Shown here: positions 31,948 to 40,427 of the stretch, piece after piece
Position numbering within the stretch: position 1 is the first letter of the stretch
How the letters are laid out: each line of letters starts with the position of its first letter
DNA from: an uncultured Chloroflexia bacterium
GTDB taxonomy: Bacteria > Chloroflexota > Limnocylindria > Limnocylindrales > CSP1-4
Reading direction: 5' to 3'
Assembly: GCA_963778815.1 (NCBI GenBank)
Contig: CAVZVS010000002.1
Location: forward strand, 344,879-408,878
Length of the DNA stretch: 64,000 nucleotides
Notes under the pieces: generated by a model
Told to the model about the DNA's origin: nothing
The model's input: the letters and a program-made list of their open reading frames with translations, nothing else
The model's database searches: none
Made by a program: the position numbers and the translations under genes

Positions 31948-33008
31948 CGGCCGAGCTCCGAAGGGATGCCCAGGCCGTCCACCGGCCGCTGGTACTCGAA
32001 CGACTCGGACACGATCCGGAAGCCCAGGCTCTCGTACAGATCGAGCGCCCGGCGGACGTTGCCGGTGTCGACCCCCAGGGCCGCCCGGGTAGCGCCGGCG
32101 TCGCGGACCGTGCGTAAGCTCTCGGCGAGGAGTGCCCTGGCGAGGCCGCGGCGGCGGAACTCCGGTTGGACGGAGATCGACTCGGTCCAGCCGATGATCG
32201 TCCCGTCCTCGTGGGCCGGCTCGAGGAAGTTGAGGATCTGGCCGGCGATCCTGTCGTGATGGAAGGCCACCCGCCACAGGTCCGGTCGGAAGGTGGGCTC
32301 GCCGATGAACCCCTGGAAACTGTCCTCGGAGCCGTCGTTGGCACTGTCGCCCCAGTGATCGGCGAAGGCCACGATGGCGGCATCGAACACCCGTCGATGC
32401 ATCGCCCGATCGGTCGGGTCGATCGGCCGCAGGTCGAAGCCATCCGGTAGGGCCAGATCCGGGATGTCCTCGAAGTCGGGCCGCACCAGGGTCGCACCGC
32501 GTCGGACGTTGACGAACCCCGCGTTCTCGACGATCGCCCTGGCGGCGTGATCCTTGCCGTTGGCGTAGGCGGCCAGGAACGTCGGCTGATCGGGTCGGGC
32601 CGGCGGGTTCGCGGCGGCCATCTCGAGCAGGTGCTCGAGCTGCCAGCCGATGAGGGCGGCCTCCACCCCTCGTCCCGTCGCCGCCGGGTCGACGTGGATG
32701 ATCGCCTCGTAGGCGCGCTCGCCTGAGTTGCGGTCGGTCCACGTGGTTCGGCCATAGGCCACGCCCTCGCCATCGAGCTCGACCACCACGCAATCGCGCG
32801 GCAGGTCGCAGTTCTCCAGGTGGGCGTAGTCATTGTCCAGCTGGGCGGCGCTGATCTTCTCCGGGTTGCCATTGGCATTCCGGGCGGCGCTGCCGATCCG
32901 GGCCAGGATGGGATGGTCCTCGGGTCCCCGGTAGGGTCGGACCACCGGCCACGCGGATGTCCCGAGGCCGGGCGCTCCGGCCCGCGATCGATCGTTCATC
33001 GTGGTCAT
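31944..33008 (-). CDS. tandem-GNAT N-acetyltransferase (MshD-like), paralog 2
   Basis: ORF 31944..33008(-). Its second GNAT domain has FRRRGLARALL...LGFRIV. Its stop overlaps the rsgA start (ATGA). Confidence 0.65.
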   Translation of the reverse strand: MTTMNDRSRAGAPGLGTSAWPVVRPYRGPEDHPILARIGSAARNANGNPEKISAAQLDNDYAHLENCDLPRDCVVVELDGEGVAYGRTTWTDRNSGERAYEAIIHVDPAATGRGVEAALIGWQLEHLLEMAAANPPARPDQPTFLAAYANGKDHAARAIVENAGFVNVRRGATLVRPDFEDIPDLALPDGFDLRPIDPTDRAMHRRVFDAAIVAFADHWGDSANDGSEDSFQGFIGEPTFRPDLWRVAFHHDRIAGQILNFLEPAHEDGTIIGWTESISVQPEFRRRGLARALLAESLRTVRDAGATRAALGVDTGNVRRALDLYESLGFRIVSESFEYQRPVDGLGIPSELGR

Positions 33009-33012
33009 CGGA

Positions 33013-33816
33013 TCAACCTACCCGCTTCAGCTTGCCGGTCCGCTTGGCGTAGCGCTCGGCCCTGCCGAACGCCCAGATGCCGAGCGGGATGAACGTGACC
33101 GCCATGATGAGGAGTGGCCAGATATCGCTCCACAGCTCGGTCACCGGGACGCCTTCGATGAGGCCCTGGCGGACGCCGTCGAGGACGTACGTCGCGGGCG
33201 ACAGATGGGACAGTGCCTGCATCCACGGCGGCAGGATGTCGACCGAGTAATAGACCCCGCTGACCAGCAGCAGGCACGACTGCAGGACGAAGCACATCTG
33301 CGCCCCGCGCTCGACGTACAGCAGCGGCAGGATCGCGGCCATCATCCCGATCCCCACGAAGCTGAACGAGCCGAGGGCCATGAACGTGGCCGCCGTCCCC
33401 GGGTTGGCCTTGGACAGGTCGAGCTGGGGGAAGAACAGGACCAGCACGATCAAGATGGCCAGGGTATGGATCAGCCCGTAGACGATGGCATACGAGCACG
33501 ATCCGAGCAGCTGGGTCCAGCGCCGGACGGGCGCCATGAAGGTGTATTCGAGGGTGCCCTCCCAGCGCTCGACGGCGATCGTCTCGGCGATCCAGCTGAA
33601 GACCACCGATAGGTAGTTCCAGAAGATGGCCCCGATCATCAACGACAGGAGCAGGGTCGGGCTGCCCTGTTCGACCCCGATCAGCGAGATCGACAGGGCG
33701 CCGGCGACGGAGTACACGAGGAACGCCAGCTCCCAGCCCCAGTAGCGCCGGGTCAGGAAGAAGTTGCGCTCGACGAAGGCGTAACTCGCCTTCAGCTCGT
33801 GGGTCATGGTGGTCAA
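33013..33816 (-). CDS. ABC-2 type transporter permease
   Basis: ORF 33013..33816(-) has 6 predicted TM helices, with an ABC-2 family signature organisation. Confidence 0.8.
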   Translation of the reverse strand: MTTMTHELKASYAFVERNFFLTRRYWGWELAFLVYSVAGALSISLIGVEQGSPTLLLSLMIGAIFWNYLSVVFSWIAETIAVERWEGTLEYTFMAPVRRWTQLLGSCSYAIVYGLIHTLAILIVLVLFFPQLDLSKANPGTAATFMALGSFSFVGIGMMAAILPLLYVERGAQMCFVLQSCLLLVSGVYYSVDILPPWMQALSHLSPATYVLDGVRQGLIEGVPVTELWSDIWPLLIMAVTFIPLGIWAFGRAERYAKRTGKLKRVG

Positions 33817-33852
33817 CGGAGTGTCTCCAGGTGGCCCCGACGGGCCCGGTCC

Positions 33853-34047
33853 CTAACTGGACCGGGCCGCGTCGAGGGGACGATCGGCCGCGAGCCGAGC
33901 GCCGATGCGGACCATCGAGCGCCCGACCGCCTGCCGGATGGCGCGACGTGGAGGCCGGTCGAGGAGCCGAGGGATCTCGGCTTCGGCGGCCCACCGCGCC
34001 GCTCGCTCCGCGTGGACCACGCGGGCGAGGGACGGATCTGGGTACAT
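33853..34047 (-). CDS. small hypothetical ORF in the 307-nt gap between ABC ATPase and permease
   Basis: It is the internal Met (MYPDPSLARVVHAERAARWAAE...) of track ORF 33853..34167. It is Arg-rich and may be non-coding. Confidence 0.15.
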   Translation of the reverse strand: MYPDPSLARVVHAERAARWAAEAEIPRLLDRPPRRAIRQAVGRSMVRIGARLAADRPLDAARSS

Positions 34048-34123
34048 CTGATTCCTTCCCTTCGAGGGTCGTCGGTATCGGTCGGAGTGGGGGAGGGGTC
34101 GCGAGACCCCGCTGGACTTGGTG

Positions 34124-35041
34124 TTAGCTCTCGTCATCGCTGTCCTCCTCTGCTTCAAGGTCGTCATCGAGTGAACGACCGGTCCAGGTCATGAAGGCCG
34201 CCTCGAGGGTGGCCGGTTGATCGTGTCGTTCGGCCACCAGGCGCTTGAGTCCGTCGGGTGTCGATGAGGCGACGATGCGCCCCTCGTTGAGGATCGAGAT
34301 CCGATCGCACAGTCGTTCGGCTTCGGCCAGGTCATGCGTGGTCAGGACGATCGTCGCGTCGTGGGTCGCCCGGAGCTCCTCGATGAAGCCCTGGACCTCC
34401 AGCTTCGAGCGCGGATCGAGCCCGGTCGTCGGCTCGTCCAGCAGGAGTAACGTCGGCGAGGTCAGCAGCGCTCGCGCGATGGCGACCTTCTGCTGCATGC
34501 CTCGGCTCATCTGCTCGATCGGTCGGCCGACCCGCTTCTCGCCGATCCCCAGCCGGGCCAGGATCGCCATCGCATCGCGTTTCGCCGTATGGGCATCGAG
34601 GCCGTACAGGCGGGCGGCGAAGCTGAGGTTCTCCAGCGGGCTGAGCTTCTTGAAGAAGGCCGCATCCACGCTGACCCGGTTGATCAGGCGTTTGACCGCC
34701 ATCTCATCGCGTTCGATGTCGAGGCCGAAGATCTCGACCCGACCCTCGTCCAGGGTCAGCAACCCACAGATGAGCCGGATCAAGGTCGACTTGCCCGAAC
34801 CGTTGGCGCCCAGGATCCCGTGGATCTCGCCCCGCTCGAGGCGGAGCGAGACGTCCTCGACCGCATCGACCGGCTGGCGCTTGCGACCCAGGCTGAAGCG
34901 CTTGGTCACGTGGTCTACGAGCAGGGCCGGGACGGCGGTCTGCGAAGCGTCGACAGACGACACTTGCTGGGGCACCGGTCGCACGGACGACACGCTCGCC
35001 GGTCGGCGACTATTCAGTTGTGGTGTCGTGCTGGTGGTCAC
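34124..35041 (-). CDS. ABC transporter ATP-binding protein (ABC-2 exporter family)
   Basis: It has Walker A GANGSGKST, Q-loop, signature MSRGMQQKV and Walker B LLLLDEP. The start is set at in-frame GTG 35041 (MTTSTTPQL...). The track start 35218 would add a low-complexity extension that crosses a terminator hairpin. Confidence 0.8.
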   Translation of the reverse strand: MTTSTTPQLNSRRPASVSSVRPVPQQVSSVDASQTAVPALLVDHVTKRFSLGRKRQPVDAVEDVSLRLERGEIHGILGANGSGKSTLIRLICGLLTLDEGRVEIFGLDIERDEMAVKRLINRVSVDAAFFKKLSPLENLSFAARLYGLDAHTAKRDAMAILARLGIGEKRVGRPIEQMSRGMQQKVAIARALLTSPTLLLLDEPTTGLDPRSKLEVQGFIEELRATHDATIVLTTHDLAEAERLCDRISILNEGRIVASSTPDGLKRLVAERHDQPATLEAAFMTWTGRSLDDDLEAEEDSDDES

Positions 35042-35188
35042 GGTCGGACTCCTGGTCGGATGTGCGTTGGGTGGCGGGAACGGGTGCTCTGTCGGTCGGG
35101 CCCGAGAATCGCGAAAGCCGCGGGTCCGCTGCGACGGTCTCGTCGCGGGGCCTCGCGGCTCACTTCTCCACGCCCAGGGACAGGCATG

Positions 35189-35222
35189 AAAAAAGCCGTG
35201 GGGCCCGATCCGGCCCACGGCT
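35189..35222 (-). terminator. intrinsic terminator (GC hairpin + U-tract) read on minus strand
   Basis: The minus strand reads gccgtgggccggatcgggccccacggc followed by TTTTTTC. T-tracts are rare in this 70% GC sequence. Confidence 0.55.
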
Positions 35223-35258
35223 CGTGGTTCCTGTCAGGGGCGGCTCAGCCGCCTCACG

Positions 35259-35342
35259 TCACCTCGAGATGGGCACGGATCTCCCGCGAACGCCAGCCCC
35301 GGTGGGCGGCGTGACGCGTCGGATGAAGAGGTCGTTCCACAT
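35259..35342 (-). CDS. 27-codon sORF with consensus SD, between promoter and terminator (leader peptide / small protein candidate)
   Basis: The minus strand reads ggAAGGAGtcgaactacATG TGG AAC GAC CTC TTC ATC CGA CGC GTC ACG ... TGA (MWNDLFIRRVTPPTGAGVRGRSVPISR). A secondary hairpin gaggcggctgagccgcc and the terminator follow. Confidence 0.3.
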   Translation of the reverse strand: MWNDLFIRRVTPPTGAGVRGRSVPISR

Positions 35343-35399
35343 GTAGTTCGACTCCTTCCCATCGATAGAGTGGCGGGGCGCTCGGCGAGCGCGGGTCGG

Positions 35400-35429
35400 A
35401 TGGTAAACCCGGGACTTTGCGGATGTCAA
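35400..35429 (-). promoter_or_regulatory. sigma-70-type promoter TTGACA-18-TACCAT on minus strand
   Basis: The minus strand reads gggTTGACAtccgcaaagtcccgggtTTACCATcc, placed 55-85 nt upstream of the sORF. Confidence 0.4.
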
Positions 35430-35510
35430 CCCTTGATACTCCCGGACGGGTGGAGACTTGCAGGCGGACGTGGCCGGGCCACGCCGCCGACCGACGGACT
35501 TGGCCAGCGA

Positions 35511-36083
35511 TCAGATGAGCTCCTTGCGGACGATCAGCCGGGGGCGTCCCCCGGCGGACGATGTGGTCGGCGCGACGACCTCGAAGCCGGCCGCCAGGAA
35601 GACCGGCAGCGTGCCGCTGTAGGCGTAGCGATCGGGCATCCGGGTGTCCCCGGGGTCGGCTGGGTAGGCCTCGACCGCCGGAGCTCCATGGGCTGCCGCC
35701 ATCTCGACCGCTCCTTCGAGCAGGCGGTGAGCGATCCCTCGCCCCCGCGACGCCTTGCCCACGACGAAGCAGACGATCGACCAGACTGGCCGGTCGTCGA
35801 CGGGCTTGATCGTGCGCGATCGCTGGAGCAGCTCGAAGTCGGTCCGCGGACCGACCGAACACCAACCGACGACGCGGCCATCCTCGAGCGCGATCACACC
35901 CGGCGGCAGCTCGCCGGCAGCGAGCGCTTCCAGCTCGGAGCGTCGCTCAGCCGTCGTCATCGTCGCGTTGACCGAGCTGCGGTGGCGCCAGAAGGTGCAC
36001 CAGCACCACTTCGGGTCGCCGCCTTCTTCGAAGAGGGCAGCCAGATCCGGGAGGCGCTTCGGTTCGAGCGGCAGGATCTCCAT
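35511..36083 (-). CDS. GNAT-family N-acetyltransferase
   Basis: ATG at 36083 (MEILPLEPKRLPDLAALF). It has the GNAT motif RGRGIAHRLLEGAVEMAA. It is a paralog of 57196..57807 (shared GDPKWCWC / ERGCWCQSW motif). Confidence 0.8.
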   Translation of the reverse strand: MEILPLEPKRLPDLAALFEEGGDPKWCWCTFWRHRSSVNATMTTAERRSELEALAAGELPPGVIALEDGRVVGWCSVGPRTDFELLQRSRTIKPVDDRPVWSIVCFVVGKASRGRGIAHRLLEGAVEMAAAHGAPAVEAYPADPGDTRMPDRYAYSGTLPVFLAAGFEVVAPTTSSAGGRPRLIVRKELI

Positions 36084-36226
36084 GCCCGCAGGGTACCGCG
36101 CTGCCATGGCAGGGGGTCGTCCCCCAGATCCCGCAAGACGGACACCGGAAGATCATCAACGCCCTTTGGCGCGACCTCAGCGGTGATCCGGGTCCGCGGG
36201 GCTTCTGCTTGGCCTACAGTCGGCGC

Positions 36227-36784
36227 ATGGGACTCTTGACCTTCAGCATCAACATCACCCTGGATGGCTGCGTCGACCACCAGGAGGGGATCGCCGACGA
36301 CGAGACGCACGTCCTCTTCACACGGCTCATGGACGAAAGCGGGGCGATGCTGTGGGGCCGCGTCACCTACGAGATGATGGAGAGCTACTGGCCGGCGGTC
36401 GCCCGCGGCGAGGAGGAGGCGCCGCCGGCGATGCGCGAGTGGGCGGTCAAGCTGGAGGCCAAGCCGAAGTACGTGGTGTCGTCGACCCGAACGGACTTCC
36501 CGTGGACCAACAGCCACCACATCGCCGGCGACCTGGGCACGGGCGTGCAGGATCTCAAGGACGCGACCCCGGCCGGGGTGCTCCTCGGTAGCGGCAAGCT
36601 CGCGACGGCGCTGGACCGGCAAGAGCTGATCGACGAGTACAAGCTCCTCGTCCACCCAAGGATCGCCGGCCATGGCCGGACCCTGTACCAGAGCGGGCTG
36701 CCCAGCACGCGACGGCTCGAGCTGGTCTCGGCCAAGCCGCTCCGCAGCGGTGCGGTCGCCATGCACTACCGGCGCGCGCGCTGA
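36227..36784 (+). CDS. dihydrofolate reductase-like (RibD C-terminal domain) family protein
   Basis: It begins MGLLTFSINITLDGCVDH and continues ...LLGSGKLATAL...YKLLVHPRIAG. Confidence 0.75.
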   Translation: MGLLTFSINITLDGCVDHQEGIADDETHVLFTRLMDESGAMLWGRVTYEMMESYWPAVARGEEEAPPAMREWAVKLEAKPKYVVSSTRTDFPWTNSHHIAGDLGTGVQDLKDATPAGVLLGSGKLATALDRQELIDEYKLLVHPRIAGHGRTLYQSGLPSTRRLELVSAKPLRSGAVAMHYRRAR

Positions 36785-36978
36785 CTCGGAGCCTAGCTAG
36801 CGAAGAACGGGCCGGGTTGCAACCCGCCAGGTGGACCAGCACCACTTGGGATCGCCGCCCCTGGAGAACGACTCGGCCGGACCGGCCCAGTCGATCAGGG
36901 TCAGCGGGACGGCGCTGATCGTTCGTGGGCGGTCGCGCTCACCTGTGAGATCGCCTCCAGCACGCAGGCAAGCCGGAC

Positions 36979-37500
36979 TCAAGGGCAGTTCTTGGTGATC
37001 CAGGCGATCGCGTCCTTGAGGCCAGCCTGGCGCTCCGCGGACTGCCCTTGGCCGAGGGTCTCTGGTTGAGGCCCGCCGGCCAGGATGCTCTGCCCGATCC
37101 CGTCCAACACGTCGGCCAAGAGCCCGGCCGCAGCCTTGATCTCGGCGGGCGCGTACGTGCGGACGTCTGTGGCGGCGGCTCGGAATCCGGCGCCCGTTTC
37201 CTCCGGTGTGTCCATGTTGCGGGCTTCCTGGAACTCCTTCCAGGCGGAGCAGAAGTCGGTCGCTCCCGCGCCGGCGACCGGTGGGGCCGCGGAGGTCGAG
37301 GCGGGCGCAGAAGCGCCGGACGGCGTGGTCGGCGCCACGGCCGCCGCTGTCGGGGTCGCCGGTGCGGCCGTCGGGGCGGTCGCGTCGGGCGCGCCGGTGC
37401 CGCCGGTCGATGCCGCGGAGCATCCCGCCAGGGCGATCACTCCGAGGAAGGCGATGCACGCCCGAATGCCGGCGCGCCCGCTGGATGAGTTCCGGGACAC
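36979..37500 (-). CDS. lipoprotein (lipobox LAGC), Ala/Pro/Thr-rich linker
   Basis: GTG at 37500 is preceded by AAGGAG at 5 nt. The signal is SRNSSSGRAGIRACIAFLGVIALAGCS. A globular C-terminal domain follows with Cys in DFC...KNCP. Confidence 0.6.
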   Translation of the reverse strand: MSRNSSSGRAGIRACIAFLGVIALAGCSAASTGGTGAPDATAPTAAPATPTAAAVAPTTPSGASAPASTSAAPPVAGAGATDFCSAWKEFQEARNMDTPEETGAGFRAAATDVRTYAPAEIKAAAGLLADVLDGIGQSILAGGPQPETLGQGQSAERQAGLKDAIAWITKNCP

Positions 37501-37707
37501 AAGGACTCCTTTCGGCGCATGGGCCATCGCCCGGAAGGCTCGTCTTGCCGTCGGCCACGCGCGATGGTCGGTGGAAGCCGCGTGGGACCTCAGGCCGGTG
37601 GAGACTCTGCTTGCCTCTCGCTCGGTCCGCCGAAGTATAGGCAGGTCAGTGGCCGGCACAGTCAATGTCCTGGCTCCGAGTCGGTGTCGCGAACGGGTCT
37701 ACGACGA

Positions 37708-38658
37708 CTATGGGCCCGACGGGTCCGGTGGAGGATCGGTCGGTGGAGGATCGGTCGGCGGCGGATCGGTCGGCGGCGGATCCGTGGGCGCGGGAGTCGG
37801 CGGGTCGGTCGGCGCAGGTGTGGGCGTCCCCGGATCGGGTGTCGCCGTCGGGGCAGGGGTCGTCGTCGGGGTCGGCGTGCCGATCGGGCCACGCGTCGAG
37901 CCGGGGGTGGGAGTCACGCCGGGCGTCGAGCCGCCACCGCCACCGCCACCACCACCGCTGGGACCGCCGCCGCCGCCGTTCCCGCTGTTGCCCGTGGCGA
38001 CGCCACCGTTGCCGCCGGTGCCGCTCGTGTCGGATCCACCGGGTCGTCCGGTGACCGCGGGGTGATCGGTCTTGCCGGGCAGTGCGCTCGCCACAGGCAG
38101 ACTGGCTGTCGGGTCGGTCACGCCGGGCGCGGCCTGAGCCGGGAACTCTGGGGCGAAGGTCTCGGTCGGAGCGGCCTGCTGGGCGGCCACGGCGCCGCCG
38201 GTGAAGGTGACCGCGCGGACGCCGATGACCAGGGCGATGACCACGGCTGCAGCCAGGCCGATCCGGGCGCCGCGACCCATCCCGCCGGGCGAGTCGGGAT
38301 CGACCGGTGGCTTCGGACGGGCCGGCGTCGGTGCCGGCGCGGCGACGACTGCCGCAGGCAGGGCGGCTGCGGCAACGGCCACCTTCGGCTTCGATCGGGG
38401 TCGGGAGGGACGCAGCGCGCGACGGGTGGGCTCGGCGGCGACCGGAGCGGGCGCTGGCCGGACGGCGGCAGCAGCGGGCGCCGCGCCTTCGAGACGGAAC
38501 GGGCTACAGGCCAGGCAGCGACCGGCGACCTGGTTCCAGCAGTTGGCGCAGGTCGTGCTCGAGCAGTCCGGGCAGACCCGGAATTCACTGGCCCCGGCCG
38601 ACCCAAGCCGATCGCTGTCCAGCCCACAGCGCTCGCAGAACGTGCTTCGATAATCCAC
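37708..38658 (-). CDS. membrane-anchored zinc-ribbon protein with Gly-rich and (PTDPP)n low-complexity tail
   Basis: GTG at 38658. The N-terminus has CERCG...CPDC...CANC...CLAC (4 Cys pairs), then one TM helix IGLAAAVVIALVIGV, then G-rich and PT-repeat regions. Confidence 0.55.
   Translation of the reverse strand: MDYRSTFCERCGLDSDRLGSAGASEFRVCPDCSSTTCANCWNQVAGRCLACSPFRLEGAAPAAAAVRPAPAPVAAEPTRRALRPSRPRSKPKVAVAAAALPAAVVAAPAPTPARPKPPVDPDSPGGMGRGARIGLAAAVVIALVIGVRAVTFTGGAVAAQQAAPTETFAPEFPAQAAPGVTDPTASLPVASALPGKTDHPAVTGRPGGSDTSGTGGNGGVATGNSGNGGGGGPSGGGGGGGGGSTPGVTPTPGSTRGPIGTPTPTTTPAPTATPDPGTPTPAPTDPPTPAPTDPPPTDPPPTDPPPTDPPPDPSGP
37727..37786. repeat. four tandem copies of a 15-bp unit (gtggaggatcggtcg-like) encoding the PTDPP repeats
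   Basis: Repeats were read directly at 37727-41, 37742-56, 37757-71 and 37772-86. Confidence 0.6.
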
Positions 38659-38825
38659 CCGGTGGGACCCTCGCCCTGATCGTCACGGGGACACCCGCGT
38701 CGTAGGTCCGACGATACGGGCGCGTCGCGGCGGTGCGAATGCATCCGGTCGTACCGTCTCGTCCCATCGGACGTCCCGTTCGTTGCGTCGGGGCACCGGG
38801 CCCTCGGTTTGACGCTCCGGCGACG

Positions 38826-39770
38826 ATGGCCCTAGGCTGGCCCGACGTGGAACCCTCGCACGACGACGATCGGAAGGCCGGACCTCCGGATCGTCCGTCG
38901 CCGACCATCGTCGAAGTCCTGCGCGATGGGTTCCTCGACAGCGAATCGGCTGGCCTCCTGTGGCTCCTGGCCGATGGCGGGGTCCCGATCCTGGTCGCGG
39001 GTGATGGTTCCCGCTCGGCCCTGGCAGCGGCGGTCCTGGATCTCGTCCCGACGACCCGCCGTGAGCTGGTCCTGGCCGGCCCGGCGGAGGACTTCAGCTG
39101 GCTGGCCGGGGCCGAAGGGCTCGGCTGGGTCCGGACCGAGCCGGCCGATCCGGAGCCGGCCGATCCGGGCACGACGACCCTCCTCGGCGGCGATCTCGGC
39201 GTCGGCCCTCCCGCCGATCTGACCGGCGATCGTGCCCGGCTCGCCATCCGGGCGCTCGGACGCGGCTTCGGGCTGATCGCGACCATCGACGCCGCCGGGT
39301 TGGACGAGGTCTTCGCCACCCTCCGCCGCCGACCGATCTTCCTGACCGACGACGAGCTGACCAACGTGGGTGTGGTCCTGGTCGTGGGACGCGACGCTGA
39401 GGCGACCGGCAGCGACGATGCGACCACCAGCGCCACCGGACCGAAGGGGCGGGTCCTCGCCGCCCACTACGTCCGACCCCTGGCCCGAGATGTCCACGGC
39501 CACACCCAGCGATTGCCGCCGGCGGTCCTCGCGACGTGGGATGGCCGGATCGGTCGGTTCGAGCATTTCGCCTGGGGCATCGCCGCCGAGCTGGCCGAGC
39601 GGGTCGGACGCAAGACCGGCGACTTCGAAGCGGAATCGGAGCGTCGGTCGGTGGTCCTCGGGGCACTCGCCGCTGCCACCGACGAGCCTCAGGACCGCGC
39701 CGCTCTGCGCGCTCGTCTGGATCGTCAGCGGGCGGCTGGAGCGGCCGACCCGACCGTGCACCAGCACTGA
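38826..39770 (+). CDS. hypothetical protein
   Basis: It is the in-frame ATG at 38826 (MALGWPDVEPSHDD) of track ORF 38733..39770. I recognised no domain. Confidence 0.45.
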   Translation: MALGWPDVEPSHDDDRKAGPPDRPSPTIVEVLRDGFLDSESAGLLWLLADGGVPILVAGDGSRSALAAAVLDLVPTTRRELVLAGPAEDFSWLAGAEGLGWVRTEPADPEPADPGTTTLLGGDLGVGPPADLTGDRARLAIRALGRGFGLIATIDAAGLDEVFATLRRRPIFLTDDELTNVGVVLVVGRDAEATGSDDATTSATGPKGRVLAAHYVRPLARDVHGHTQRLPPAVLATWDGRIGRFEHFAWGIAAELAERVGRKTGDFEAESERRSVVLGALAAATDEPQDRAALRARLDRQRAAGAADPTVHQH

Positions 39771-39865
39771 CCGACGGCCCACCGGGAGGCGTATCCTCGC
39801 GCGGTGGCATCCCCGAGATCCGTCCCCGAGCGACGGTCGGCCGGAGCGCGCGCGGAGGCACCTCG

Positions 39866-40345
39866 ATGACCTGGCTCGTCCCCTGGCTGATCTTCCTCCA
39901 CATCCTGAGCGCGATCGTCGCCTTCGGGCCTACCTTCGCCTTCGCCATCTACGGAGCGCAGGGTGCCAAGGAGCCGCAGCACGCCAACTTCATGGCCCGG
40001 GCGAACCACGTCGTGAGCGACCGGCTGGTCTTCCCGCTTGTCCTGTCGATGCCGGTTACCGGGGTGCTCATCCTGTGGGCATCGCAACGCGATCTCACCC
40101 GCTCGCCCTGGTTGCTCGTGGCGATCGTCATCTACATCTTCGCGGTTTGCTACTCGTACTTCGTCCAGCGGCCTGCCACCCTCAAGATCATCGAGTTGAC
40201 CGGCACCCCGCCCCAGCCCGGGGCCGCCCCGGGGCCGTCGCCCGAACTTCTCGCGACCGCGGCCAAGATCAAGCGCGGTGGGATGATCCTGGGTCTGTCG
40301 GTCGTCGTGATCGTCTTCCTGATGGTGGTGAAGCCGGGGCAGTGA
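39866..40345 (+). CDS. DUF2269-like integral membrane protein
   Basis: ATG at 39866 follows GGAGG. It has 4 TM helices (MTWLVPWLIFLHILSAIVAFGPTFAFAIYG...). Confidence 0.65.
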   Translation: MTWLVPWLIFLHILSAIVAFGPTFAFAIYGAQGAKEPQHANFMARANHVVSDRLVFPLVLSMPVTGVLILWASQRDLTRSPWLLVAIVIYIFAVCYSYFVQRPATLKIIELTGTPPQPGAAPGPSPELLATAAKIKRGGMILGLSVVVIVFLMVVKPGQ

Positions 40346-40427
40346 CGCTCATCGGCTGACCCTCCTCCTCCGGCCCGGCGCGGTACCATCGCTCGGCACC
40401 CTTCCTCCCTGCCCTGCGGAGTCCTCC

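Noticed and set aside
30844-32793. ORF-track extension of rsgA to 649 aa
   Set aside because: The upstream 280 codons are low-complexity and overlap the MshD-like paralog encoded in another frame. The conserved RsgA N-terminus and the ATGA overlap place the start at 31947.
35254-35865. 203-aa minus ORF across the promoter, sORF and terminator region
   Set aside because: It is Arg-rich low complexity and crosses an intrinsic terminator and a promoter. It was replaced by the 27-codon sORF interpretation.
37727-37786. Possible CRISPR-like short repeats
   Set aside because: The repeats are 15 bp, directly tandem with no spacers, and in-frame within a coding region (PTDPP repeats). This is not a CRISPR array.
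37519-38679. 386-aa plus ORF and 38585..39436 minus ORF around the Zn-ribbon/lipoprotein region
   Set aside because: They are antisense to genes with clear signal peptide or TM features. They are poly-R/G frames produced by the repeats.
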